Below are positions 39,306-48,643 of a stretch of 64,000 nt of DNA, piece by piece. A program made the position numbers and the translations under genes. The stretch's first letter is position 1, and the number at the start of each line of letters is the position of its first letter. The DNA is from an archaeon. Its GTDB lineage: Archaea > Micrarchaeota > Micrarchaeia > CAILAH01. Under the pieces are notes generated by a model. The model did not search any database and was not told where the DNA came from. It saw nothing but the letters and a program-made list of their open reading frames with translations. Location of the stretch: NCBI GenBank assembly GCA_024274875.1, contig JAJSAH010000017.1, positions 34,897 to 98,896 of the forward strand, written 5' to 3'.

Positions 39306-39671
39306 ATGGGAATGTTGCAAAAGTTTTCTGACGCTTTAGGGCTCGGCGGAAAAGAAATGAATGTGCAAGAATATCTTGATGGGGAGGATTTGGAGAACCT
39401 TGAGGATGAAGAGGAGGAAGCGCTTGCGTATGTGAAGCCTGTGGCGCTTGAAAGTCCTAATGTGATTCCTGAAATTAAGAATTAATTGCAGTCAGGCAAC
39501 CTGATTTTGTTGAACATCACACCTATGCTCAAAGATGAAAGAATGCTTTCAGATATCATCGATTCGCTGAAAACTTACATTAACTCAATAAAGGGAGATA
39601 TAGCAAGAATAGATAATGAGAAAATACTATTAACGCCTTCTAGAATGAAGATTGTTAAAAGAAGAAGATAA
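39306..39671 (+). CDS. sepF: Cell-division protein SepF homologue interrupted by an in-frame TAA at 39483-39485
   Basis: The sequence MGMLQKFSDALGLGG...AYVKPVALESPNVIPEIKN*LQSGNLILLNITPM...GDIARIDNEKILLTPSRMKI aligns across the stop to archaeal SepF (recalled Haloferax DVIAIKDAVYDGNLVIADIT...GDIV...ITP). It is 121 codons in total. Confidence 0.75.
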
Positions 39672-40352
39672 TCTTTTTTCCACTTCTTTAAGCACGCACA
39701 CAATTGATCTGGCTTCCTCAATGTTTAGTTTGCTTCTTGATAGCATATTATTGAATGCTTTTTTGCATTTTGATGGGTTTTTGAGCTGACCTTTTGGAAT
39801 CAGGCCAACGATGTTTGAAAAATATGATTTAAGCGCGCGCATAGTGCCTGGATCTGCTTCAATATTGTTGCCGCGCCTCTCCATGCCCATATTCCGCAGC
39901 TCGTGCAGAAAAACAGCAACTGCATTTGAGAGATTCATAGATGGATAGGCATCAGTAGTTTGTATGTAAGAACAAATATCACATCTGTTAAGCAAGGATT
40001 TAGGCAGGCCGTTGTCCTCTCTTCCAAAAACAATTGCTGCATTTTCAATAGACGCAACAACTTCGCGAAGGTCTGACAAAGGGATCGCTTTATTCAGATC
40101 GCGCCTCCCCTTGCTCAGCGAAGAAGTAGTGCCTATAACTGGATAGCAATCTGCAATCGCCTCATCAAACGAACTATGTATGGAGGCATTCCTAATGAGA
40201 GATGAGGCATGCTTTGCATACTTCGCAGCTTCAGGGCCGAGTTTTGCAATTGGATTAACTATCCGCAGGTCGTCATACCCAAAATTTTGCATAACTCTGC
40301 ATATCTTTCCAACATTCATGTCATACATTGGCTCTATCAAAATAACTCGCAA
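39630..40352 (-). CDS. SpoU/TrmH-family RNA 2'-O-methyltransferase (TrmJ-like)
   Basis: Contains RVILIEP..D.NVGKICRVMQNFG...LRIVNP. A probable TTG start at 40352 lies 4 nt after the upstream stop. The track's longer ORF overlaps that upstream gene. Confidence 0.72.
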   Translation of the reverse strand: MRVILIEPMYDMNVGKICRVMQNFGYDDLRIVNPIAKLGPEAAKYAKHASSLIRNASIHSSFDEAIADCYPVIGTTSSLSKGRRDLNKAIPLSDLREVVASIENAAIVFGREDNGLPKSLLNRCDICSYIQTTDAYPSMNLSNAVAVFLHELRNMGMERRGNNIEADPGTMRALKSYFSNIVGLIPKGQLKNPSKCKKAFNNMLSRSKLNIEEARSIVCVLKEVEKRLSSSFNNLHSRRR

Positions 40353-40356
40353 CGCA

Positions 40357-40878
40357 TCACCTACGTTCCAGCTGAACCAAATGCAACTGCTCAAAAAACA
40401 TGCGCTCTGTGCGCAGCAACTTCCATGAATATCCCAATGATTCAGCATGCGCCTTGTATTCATCATATCCTCGATCGGAAAGCACCATTAAAATCTTGCC
40501 GTTGGGAGATAAGAACTGCTTTGCATCGCAAAGAAACCTGCGTATTACATCCGCGCCATTTTGCATATAGGTCCATGCAATATCCTGCGGTTCTTCATCA
40601 TCTAAATAGGGCGTGTTAAACGCAATCAAGTCATATCTTCCATTTATATTCGAGAAAAGGTCAGATACTATGAATTTTGCATTTGGATGCCCAACATTTT
40701 TCATCGCGAAATCTACTGCATTTTTATTGATATCTGCGCATACGATCTCTTTCGCGCGTGCAATGCTGTTCGCCTGAATGCCCGTGCCGCAACCCATATC
40801 AAGGAATCTCGCGCACCTCCTCTTGCTCAACTCAGAGCTAAGCAGGTATGAATCATCGGACGGCTCATACACATACAT
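40357..40878 (-). CDS. HemK-related class I methyltransferase (archaeal Mtq2-like)
   Basis: Contains VYEPSDDSYLL, DMGCGTGI (SAM motif I) and NTPY in place of NPPY. Confidence 0.72.
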   Translation of the reverse strand: MYVYEPSDDSYLLSSELSKRRCARFLDMGCGTGIQANSIARAKEIVCADINKNAVDFAMKNVGHPNAKFIVSDLFSNINGRYDLIAFNTPYLDDEEPQDIAWTYMQNGADVIRRFLCDAKQFLSPNGKILMVLSDRGYDEYKAHAESLGYSWKLLRTERMFFEQLHLVQLERR

Positions 40879-40928
40879 GCGCGTATTACGCTGAAAAAAT
40901 TTATATTATAGAATTCGCTTATATATGC

Positions 40929-41285
40929 ATGAAACAGAAATCGAGCAAGATTAGAGATATAGAAAAAAAATACATGAATAAGATGAAATCATTCAATGTA
41001 AAAGTCGAGCAAATAATATGCTCGGGAGATTTGGATAAAATTGCATCAAAAGTGAATGCACGCATTTTGAAAGCATTGCTGTATGAAGAGGAGTCTGCGT
41101 TGATAATATTCAAAGAAATCAAACTTGCCTCAAAACAGGAAAGCATTAGGTTGGAGGAGGTGTTGCAAACAACTACTGCGAGCTTTATGGAAAGAGTATG
41201 CTCCTTGATATCATTATCGACATTCAGCGATGATGAAGAGGTTAAGGATATTGCAGATTCAGCAATCGAAAATATGAAAACATAA
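40929..41285 (+). CDS. Hypothetical helical protein, tandem paralogue A
   Basis: About 45% identical by eye to the next gene (KYMNKMKSFNVKVEQI... versus RYINKMKSFNVKVEEI...). Confidence 0.5.
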   Translation: MKQKSSKIRDIEKKYMNKMKSFNVKVEQIICSGDLDKIASKVNARILKALLYEEESALIIFKEIKLASKQESIRLEEVLQTTTASFMERVCSLISLSTFSDDEEVKDIADSAIENMKT

Positions 41286-41320
41286 CAAGAATTTAAATTT
41301 TGCAATGCATGTGTTTAAAC

Positions 41321-41689
41321 ATGCAGCATAATATGTCAAGGTTCAAGAGTCTCGAGAAGAGATACATAAATAAAATGAAATCGTTCAATGTAAAAGTTGA
41401 AGAAATACTTCGCCCAGTTAAAATTGATGAATGCTTGCATAAAATCAACCCTGAAATTTTGAGGAGATTGTTGTATGATGAAGAAGATGCGGTCAATATA
41501 TATAATGAGATAAGGAGAGTATCCTTGCAGGATAGAGTTGATCTAGCTAACGGTTGCTTGCATGCAGCCACAGTTAAATTTATTGAGCGAATTTGCACAT
41601 TATTGTCAATATCATTATTCAGTAAGAATGAGGAAATCAGAAAGATCGCTGATGAGGCGATTAGGAATTTAAGTGAAAGAATGAATTAA
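41321..41689 (+). CDS. Hypothetical helical protein, tandem paralogue B
   Basis: Paralogue of 40929..41285. The start is uncertain (ATG at 41300, 41321 or 41333). Confidence 0.5.
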   Translation: MQHNMSRFKSLEKRYINKMKSFNVKVEEILRPVKIDECLHKINPEILRRLLYDEEDAVNIYNEIRRVSLQDRVDLANGCLHAATVKFIERICTLLSISLFSKNEEIRKIADEAIRNLSERMN

Positions 41690-41722
41690 TTAATTTTACA
41701 TATTATAATTGTCTGAGCGGAA

Positions 41723-42841
41723 ATGGTAAAGATTGCTGTTTTAGGAGATTTTCATCTTGGATATGGAAGGTTTTATGATGACAGTTTTACGCAGGCAAAA
41801 ACTGCGCTTATGAGCGCGCAGGAGCGTGCTGACCTGCTTATTATCGCTGGCGATATATTCGACTCGCGCGTGCCGAAGCCAGAAGTTATTGAGAGAGCGT
41901 TTGAGGTGTTCTCAAAAGTGAGAAAAAAAGTGTTCGTAATACACGGAACGCATGAGCGCAGGCCAAAAGGATTCACAACGCCTGTGGATCTGCTGTGCAA
42001 GGCAGGGTTTGCCGAATCTTGCCATAATAATCCTCTCGTATTTGAGAAAGATGGGAGAAGAGTGCGTGTTGTTGGGATAGGGGGAGTTCCAGAGGAGTAT
42101 GCATCTGCGGCAATGCAGAAACTCTCGCCAAAACCTATTGAAGGAATGTTCAACGTACTGGTGTTTCATCAAAATATCAAGGAATTAATGCCTATGGTTA
42201 AGGATGGAATCAGCATGGAAGACCTGCCTGAAGGGTTTGATTTGTACATAGATGGGCACCTGCACAAGAACTATGAGCTGCGGAAAGGTGAAAAACTGCT
42301 TATAATACCTGGCAGCACAGTGATAACCCAGCTTAGAAAGGAAGAGAGCAAGAAAGGGTATTATTTGTTTGACACTGAAACAAAAACTGTTGAGTTTGTT
42401 GAAATTAACGCACGGCCGTTCATACATGTCTCAATTGAGCCGAAAGCAGATATTGATATCAAGCAAACCGTTAAGGAAAAGTTGTCTGAAATCGATTTTT
42501 CTGCAAAACCTATAATACGGCTCGATATAATCAACAATACTGGAAATGACATCAGCCATGAGGATATGAATTATATTAAGGCGATGTATTCAGAAAAAGC
42601 CCACTTATTCATAAATGCATCCAGCCATGAGGCAGATTTATCACCGGAAGAAATAGGTGTCCAAGTGAAGACAGAATCTATAAGAGAGAGGGGAATCGCC
42701 ATACTCAAACAGATTGCCACATCTAAAAACCTGGCTTTCAAGAATGTTGAGGAAGTGTTTGATATGAGCTGTGAAGCAAGCGATGATGAATTGTTCGACT
42801 ATTTCAAAAGGATTTACTCAAACAGAAGTGATGGTGGATGA
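41723..42841 (+). CDS. mre11: Mre11-type DNA double-strand-break repair nuclease
   Basis: Phosphoesterase motifs GDFHLG, AGDIFD, IHGTHE, VFHQ and DGHLH. Confidence 0.85.
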   Translation: MVKIAVLGDFHLGYGRFYDDSFTQAKTALMSAQERADLLIIAGDIFDSRVPKPEVIERAFEVFSKVRKKVFVIHGTHERRPKGFTTPVDLLCKAGFAESCHNNPLVFEKDGRRVRVVGIGGVPEEYASAAMQKLSPKPIEGMFNVLVFHQNIKELMPMVKDGISMEDLPEGFDLYIDGHLHKNYELRKGEKLLIIPGSTVITQLRKEESKKGYYLFDTETKTVEFVEINARPFIHVSIEPKADIDIKQTVKEKLSEIDFSAKPIIRLDIINNTGNDISHEDMNYIKAMYSEKAHLFINASSHEADLSPEEIGVQVKTESIRERGIAILKQIATSKNLAFKNVEEVFDMSCEASDDELFDYFKRIYSNRSDGG

Positions 42842-43515
42842 GGAAAGATAAGGAATCGTTCATAAATAAGTTAAAGAGGGATGTTGAGGAAGGGTATTCG
42901 ACTGTATCTGAAGCAGTGCTAAGCGGGATCAACCTAACGAAATCGCGCTTGGTCCTTCTCACGAAATATGCGGTGTTGACAATAATACTTGCATTGCTGT
43001 ATTCAGCAGTTTTTCAGCAATCAGAATACGCTGCATACACTATCTTCGTTCCTGTAGGAGTGCTCATACTCTACTTCTACCACGAAGTTCTTGAAGTGAA
43101 AGTGAAAAATCTGAAACGATTTGCGATAAACGCGCTGTTTCTTGGGATGCTGCTGCTTGCTATAGCGGTTCTATTCAGCGCTACTACATACGAAAACAAT
43201 TCATCATCACCGTTATCAATAATCGCATCATCAGCCGCAATATTCATGTTTGCTGTGTTCATGTTCGCCCCAATATATATTGCGAAGGCTGGCGCAAGCC
43301 CCATATCAAGCATAAAAAGCGCGTTCAAATTCATAACAAGCAATGCTATGAAAACCATGTTTTACATATTTATGCTCGTGCTAACAATCTCCATCGCATC
43401 TTCACTGCCTGCATTGGCAGGAATGATGATATTGAGCCCAATAGTGTTTTTCTACATGTCATACGCTGCATTCATATTTATAATTGTTTTCTGGAGCGCT
43501 TGCAAAAAAGCTTAA
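42838..43515 (+). CDS. Hypothetical polytopic membrane protein
   Basis: 225 aa with about 5 hydrophobic segments. The ATGA overlaps the mre11 stop. Confidence 0.5.
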   Translation: MRKDKESFINKLKRDVEEGYSTVSEAVLSGINLTKSRLVLLTKYAVLTIILALLYSAVFQQSEYAAYTIFVPVGVLILYFYHEVLEVKVKNLKRFAINALFLGMLLLAIAVLFSATTYENNSSSPLSIIASSAAIFMFAVFMFAPIYIAKAGASPISSIKSAFKFITSNAMKTMFYIFMLVLTISIASSLPALAGMMILSPIVFFYMSYAAFIFIIVFWSACKKA

Positions 43516-43548
43516 ATTAATGCATGTTCACTTTTATGCGGTGTAACT

Positions 43549-43962
43549 ATGAGTTATGTAAAGAGTGCTCTTATTGGATTGGGAGTGGGAATAGTGCTGG
43601 GAGTAGTCGGTCTTATTCCCTTTATTGGTGCTGTAAATTGCATCCTGTCTCCTTTGCTGGCGTTAGCGGCAGGGTATTTCATAGTGGATATGTGCAAGAT
43701 ACGAAAAGAAGATTGGGGCGCGCTGGCGATTAACAGCGCAGTATTCTCGATCGTAGCTGCTATAGTGGGAGCTGTGTTTGGCTTGTTGTCAATGATGTTT
43801 GGTATAGGCATAAGCGCGATTGGAGGCGGTGATGCAGGAGATATGATGATTGGGGCAGGCTTAGGAATTGCTGCGCTTGTGATGGGAGTGGTATTCGGAT
43901 TTATACAAGGTCTTGTTCTGGCTATTATAGGTGGGGCAATTAAGATGTTCACCTCCAAATAA
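43549..43962 (+). CDS. Gly/Ala/Ile-rich small membrane protein
   Basis: 137 aa with 4 hydrophobic segments. The equally long antisense ORF is a compositional shadow. Confidence 0.45.
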   Translation: MSYVKSALIGLGVGIVLGVVGLIPFIGAVNCILSPLLALAAGYFIVDMCKIRKEDWGALAINSAVFSIVAAIVGAVFGLLSMMFGIGISAIGGGDAGDMMIGAGLGIAALVMGVVFGFIQGLVLAIIGGAIKMFTSK

Positions 43963-43996
43963 CTAATTTTTTATTATTTATTATGCATTCTTTGTT

Positions 43997-44335
43997 ATGG
44001 CTAATAATAAGCTGTTCTATGGGTTAGTCAACTTGTGTCTTGGAGGCACGCTCTATTTTGTAACTTCTATGATAGTGCCTAATTTGCTCTCTTTGCTCAA
44101 TATTGCGTGCACAGATGACTGGATTATCAGTTGCTTGGGATTGCTAGAACTCATTAAGATAATATCAATCATAATAGTTGTTGTTGGAGTGCTTGAAATT
44201 GCGTACTGGTACTTTTTTGAGCGAAAGAAAATGCAGTCGGCGGGAGGCATGGAAAATTACAAAATATGCCCTGAATGTAAAACCATCAACGATAAGAATG
44301 CAAAATTCTGCAAAGAGTGCGGCTATAAATTCTAA
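43997..44335 (+). CDS. Small membrane protein with a C-terminal zinc ribbon
   Basis: Two TM segments followed by CPECK...CKECG. Confidence 0.5.
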   Translation: MANNKLFYGLVNLCLGGTLYFVTSMIVPNLLSLLNIACTDDWIISCLGLLELIKIISIIIVVVGVLEIAYWYFFERKKMQSAGGMENYKICPECKTINDKNAKFCKECGYKF

Positions 44336-44348
44336 AAAAAAGATAAGA

Positions 44349-44756
44349 TTAGAAATCAGGCAGCAACGCCTTTTCACCTTTAGTTATCTTGTAAAGGTCA
44401 TACACAACTGCCAGGTTGAACAACAAAGGCAGTATGAACACAGGGAAACAGATTGCGCCTATTCCAAATGTAACAAACGATATTCCTAAATATGCTACAA
44501 ACACTAAGCCCCATACAATTAAGGACGCTGCGCAATACACTAGCCCCTTGCGAGTCATCCCCATGTAAATATGGCCTATGCCTGGAAGAACACCAAACAA
44601 AACTGCACCTACAAGAGCAAGTATTAAGGCAATGTTCGGATCTTTTTTCTTGAGCAAATCATCCAGCTGAGATTGCTGTTTTGCAGAGTTGCCTACTGCT
44701 TGCTTCTTACCAGCAATAAGCTTCCTTTTAACAGGAGGTTTCTTTTGTTCAGGCAT
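44349..44756 (-). CDS. Small membrane protein (TM2-domain-like)
   Basis: A basic N-terminus followed by PGIGHIYMG..RKG, which resembles the TM2 motif. The resemblance is weak. Confidence 0.4.
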   Translation of the reverse strand: MPEQKKPPVKRKLIAGKKQAVGNSAKQQSQLDDLLKKKDPNIALILALVGAVLFGVLPGIGHIYMGMTRKGLVYCAASLIVWGLVFVAYLGISFVTFGIGAICFPVFILPLLFNLAVVYDLYKITKGEKALLPDF

Positions 44757-44764
44757 TATATCAC

Positions 44765-45760
44765 CTATTCATATTTTGCAAACAACTCTTTTAATAGTTC
44801 CGTGGCATATGAACCTTTCTGAAGGGAAAACGCAATATGCACTAAACCATTATCATGCTGTTCAATCTCTAACCCAACAACGCGCGCGTGCAGTGTGCGC
44901 CAACCGCCTTTTATATCTAAATTTCTAAAATCATCAAGCGAGATTTTATATGAATCTAGGAGCAATCGTTTGTATGAATTCAACTCGGCCGTTCTGTATC
45001 CTATTAAAGGAGTTACAACAAAATCTGAGCCTTCTGAATTGATATCTGCAAACCCATATCTATCATCTCCGCACATGTACTCGCCATCAAGAACCCCTAA
45101 CTCGCCGTCTTTTAATCTCATGCTAAGCTCTTCATTGAATAGTTTGGATTGAAAGGCATGCACGCAAAACTTAAACAATCGCCAATTGGTTTTTATCCAG
45201 CGTTCAGGAGAATCTGCTCTGCAACCGTAATATTCCTTAAATGCTTCAGCATGCTTGCCTTTCAGCACGAGTTCTCCTACGCGCGCAGTATTGCCTTTCA
45301 CGCTCCCAAACCTTTGCTCTCCGAAGAAATTGGGAAATCGAGATATAGGTTCAGGAAAAACATTGCAATCCCTAACAGTAATCTTAAACCGGTTTCCTAT
45401 AATGTCATCGCTCCTGATCCATCTGTTCTTGCGCCATGCGCATGAAACTGAGACGTTCTTAATTGCTGAAATCACATCAACAACCTGTTCAGCATCCATA
45501 TCTGTGCGCATCGAGAAAACCTGGTACGCAATCGCTATTTTATCTTTGATGCCTGCATAATTAACGCGTTTTCTCGAAATGCCTAAGCGTTCGGCAATGA
45601 TGTTTGCAAGATCTATAGTGTTCCAACCGACCTTTCTCACTGAAACCCATACATATGCGCCTGAACCCCCCTCCATGCGCAACTTTGATGCAACTTGCCC
45701 ATCGTTGAGCATCTCATCGACAATAAAATCTTCCGGGCAGGATTTAATCTGATACGCCAT
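44765..45760 (-). CDS. truD: tRNA pseudouridine(13) synthase TruD
   Basis: Contains PEDFIVDE, NYAGIKDK (catalytic Asp) and NFFGEQRFG. Confidence 0.85.
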   Translation of the reverse strand: MAYQIKSCPEDFIVDEMLNDGQVASKLRMEGGSGAYVWVSVRKVGWNTIDLANIIAERLGISRKRVNYAGIKDKIAIAYQVFSMRTDMDAEQVVDVISAIKNVSVSCAWRKNRWIRSDDIIGNRFKITVRDCNVFPEPISRFPNFFGEQRFGSVKGNTARVGELVLKGKHAEAFKEYYGCRADSPERWIKTNWRLFKFCVHAFQSKLFNEELSMRLKDGELGVLDGEYMCGDDRYGFADINSEGSDFVVTPLIGYRTAELNSYKRLLLDSYKISLDDFRNLDIKGGWRTLHARVVGLEIEQHDNGLVHIAFSLQKGSYATELLKELFAKYE

Positions 45761-46841
45761 TAAACATCATCTCTCGCACAAATTTCATCTTCCTGCGCAG
45801 CTCATTCCTCTCAAATAAATCCGAGCTGTGCAGCACATCATCCATAAAAGAAACCGTATCATCATAAAGCTTTCGGTCCACTGGATAAGGTATCCCATCC
45901 TTGCCTCCATGCGCAAATGAATATTTTACAGGATCTTTCCAGGTAAGCTCAGCGCCATACACTAAATCAGCTGCAAGCGCAAGCGCGCGGAGTTTTTTCG
46001 GTCCCATCCCTTTTATCAAAACCAGCTCTTCATAGTTGCGCGGTTGGAGTTCATACGCGCGATTAAGTATCTCCTTGTCCTTTTTATTTAAATCAATGCC
46101 TCTTATGTAATGATCTCTCTTAAATGTGGCATCAACATACCCAGTTATGCGCAACTGCCCCTCAAAATACTTGTATATGCGCTCAGGGTTATCATTTATC
46201 ATATCAACTGATAATTTGCGCGCCTTGTGATTATGAGAATTGGTTAAGTCAAGAACATCGCGCTCAATAGTGCCGCACACCCCCTCATGAGGTTCATTAA
46301 CAAAATCTTTAATGTCGAATGATAGCCAGTGATACCTGCGCGCATATCCATTTTTATTGCACAATCCTTGTTGCACCACTGCATAATTGCCATGAGAATC
46401 AAAAAATATTGAATGATGGTATAAAGAATAGCCATCTTGCACCGCTGAATTATCAATTTTTGCGATCAACCTGCTCGCATATGACAAATTATCCGAAACA
46501 CGCGCAGGCAATCCAAATCCATCAATATCCTGCAAAGTGTTCAGAGCCAGCTTTCCCTTCCCACCAGCAACATGCAAACCTAAATCATTATCCAATAAAT
46601 ATTGTTTGAGAGCTGCGCAGGTAGTTGTTGTTAATCCTGAAGAATGCCAATCAAACCCAATCACGCATCCTAAACTTTGAAAAAATAATGGGTTTGAGAT
46701 GCGCCTTAAAAATTCGGCATGCCCATATTCATCGATTATGAGTTCTGCAATCCTCCCGCTTAGTTCAACCATCCTCTTAAAAAGCCATCGCGGAGCTTTT
46801 CCGGGATGGAGAGGCAGGTTGGCTTGGCCTGATTTGAACAT
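45744..46841 (-). CDS. DUF763-family protein
   Basis: The N-terminus NLPLHPGKAPRWLFKRM...GFDWHSSGLTTT matches my recollection of DUF763. Confidence 0.65.
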   Translation of the reverse strand: MFKSGQANLPLHPGKAPRWLFKRMVELSGRIAELIIDEYGHAEFLRRISNPLFFQSLGCVIGFDWHSSGLTTTTCAALKQYLLDNDLGLHVAGGKGKLALNTLQDIDGFGLPARVSDNLSYASRLIAKIDNSAVQDGYSLYHHSIFFDSHGNYAVVQQGLCNKNGYARRYHWLSFDIKDFVNEPHEGVCGTIERDVLDLTNSHNHKARKLSVDMINDNPERIYKYFEGQLRITGYVDATFKRDHYIRGIDLNKKDKEILNRAYELQPRNYEELVLIKGMGPKKLRALALAADLVYGAELTWKDPVKYSFAHGGKDGIPYPVDRKLYDDTVSFMDDVLHSSDLFERNELRRKMKFVREMMFNGVSD

Positions 46842-46850
46842 GCATTATGT

Positions 46851-47846
46851 TCACGCATCCCCTATGCCTTCCTCAGTTACTGCAAACACTGCTTCGCCTT
46901 CCGGCAGGCTTGGTGAATCAACTAATCTTGCAATTCGTTTGCTTGCTTTGCCTTTTCTGAGATATATGCGGAATGTAGCATTATGCGCAAGAACATGCCC
47001 CCCGATAGGCGCTGTGGGATCGCCAAATAGAATATCCGGCCTATCCATAACTTGATTCGTGATGTACACAGCTATATTGTACATGTCAGCAAGCTTCTGC
47101 AACTGATGCAGATGTTTGTTTAATTTTTGCTGCCTTTCTCCAATAGCTCCTCTGCCCATATAATCGCTCCTGAACTGAGACATCATTGAATCGACCACAA
47201 TAAGTTTTATGTTCTTCTCCTCAATGAGTTCAGATGCCTTCTCAGCAAGCAGAATTTGATGATCCGAATTCATTGCGCGCGCAACATATATGTTCTTTAG
47301 AACCTGCTGAGGATCCATATTCTTTGCTTCAGCCATCTGCACTATCCTTTCCGGCCTGAATGTGGATTCGGTGTCTATGAATAAACATGCTCCTCCAAGC
47401 CCGCCTTCTTCCTTAGGAAGCTGCACATTAACTGAAAGCTGAAAACCTACCTGGGATTTTCCGCTCGAAAACTTTCCATAAAACTCAGTGATTGCCTGAG
47501 TTTCTATACCGCCGCCCAGCAATGAGTCTAATTGAGGCGAGCCAGTAGTTATTTTCTCAATGGTTTTTCTCCTCTCAAATATGCGGTCAGCGCTTTCGAA
47601 GCCCATGTTAAGAGCTTCGCGCGCAGCCGCTATCGTTTTTGAAGCGGTGCCCTCGCCAATATCTGCAACTGCGCTGAGCTCTTTTGCAGATGAAGCAGCA
47701 ATTTTTTGAAAATCGGTGTATCCTGCTTTCCTTAATTTTTCAGCCGTCGCCTTTCCAACTCCAGGCAAATCTTCCAATTTCTTAGGAATGTCGTTCTCCT
47801 CTTGAGATTCAAACTCCTCCTCCATCTCAACAATTTCTTCTGCCAT
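46851..47846 (-). CDS. radA: DNA repair and recombination protein RadA
   Basis: N-terminal HhH ([15 protein letters not shown]), Walker [10 protein letters not shown], Walker B LIVVDS. Confidence 0.95.
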   Translation of the reverse strand: MAEEIVEMEEEFESQEENDIPKKLEDLPGVGKATAEKLRKAGYTDFQKIAASSAKELSAVADIGEGTASKTIAAAREALNMGFESADRIFERRKTIEKITTGSPQLDSLLGGGIETQAITEFYGKFSSGKSQVGFQLSVNVQLPKEEGGLGGACLFIDTESTFRPERIVQMAEAKNMDPQQVLKNIYVARAMNSDHQILLAEKASELIEEKNIKLIVVDSMMSQFRSDYMGRGAIGERQQKLNKHLHQLQKLADMYNIAVYITNQVMDRPDILFGDPTAPIGGHVLAHNATFRIYLRKGKASKRIARLVDSPSLPEGEAVFAVTEEGIGDA

Positions 47847-47913
47847 GCAAACACCAGTATGATTAGTTTGTTTAGTATTTAAAAAGTTTCCACAGCAATT
47901 TTCCAGAATTCCG

Positions 47914-48600
47914 TTATTTAACCACTGTGCCACTATGCCTCCCGCCTCTTATTGCATTCTCAACATCTTTCAAATTATTGCCTGCAACAAAATGCGCCTC
48001 TATCTTCGACCTTTCAAGAAGTTTGCAGGCAAGCATATCGAATATAAAATTTTCGCCAGCCCTTCTGCTGTCGTTTTCAGCGGCCATCGAGCTTAACTCT
48101 CTAAAACTCATTCTGCTTATCTTCCTTGCATCTTTGCTTTTCTTAGGATTGCTTGTGTATATTCCATCTACATTGCTTATGTTAATAAGGCGCTTTGACC
48201 CAAGCCGTTCTGCAAGAAGCACAGCATCAGTATCTGTTGTTATGCCTGGCAAAAACCCTCCAAGAACCACTGCATCATTCGAGCGCATTGCTTCAGCAGC
48301 TTCATCGAAAGTCTTTGGGATAGATGAATATGCTATGCTGTCAAGCGCTGCGCGCATCAGCATGGCGTTTTGCTGCGTGCTGAGTATAGCAGTTTGGTCT
48401 GCAAGAAATTCATTGCATATAATCTTGCGCACTGCGCGTGCATACACGCGCGCATCGTTTCCCCCGCCAACAACCACAGCAAACTTGTATTTATTGCTTA
48501 ACCTAACAAGCAAAGATGAGATGCGCTTTATGCATTGCACATCAGGTTTATCTGGAACAATCACGCTCCCGCCTATTGACAATGTAATTATTTGCTTCAT
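47914..48600 (-). CDS. pyrH: Uridylate kinase, archaeal type
   Basis: Contains [25 protein letters not shown] and [10 protein letters not shown]. Confidence 0.8.
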   Translation of the reverse strand: MKQIITLSIGGSVIVPDKPDVQCIKRISSLLVRLSNKYKFAVVVGGGNDARVYARAVRKIICNEFLADQTAILSTQQNAMLMRAALDSIAYSSIPKTFDEAAEAMRSNDAVVLGGFLPGITTDTDAVLLAERLGSKRLINISNVDGIYTSNPKKSKDARKISRMSFRELSSMAAENDSRRAGENFIFDMLACKLLERSKIEAHFVAGNNLKDVENAIRGGRHSGTVVK

Positions 48601-48643
48601 GTGCATACATTCCTGTAAAAAATAATAAATTGAACATTCAAGG

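Noticed and set aside
43554-43958. A 134-aa antisense ORF mirroring the Gly-rich membrane gene
   Set aside because: It is a compositional artefact of a GC-balanced Gly/Ala/Ile-rich coding region. The plus-strand product has clear TM segments and sits in a co-oriented gene series.
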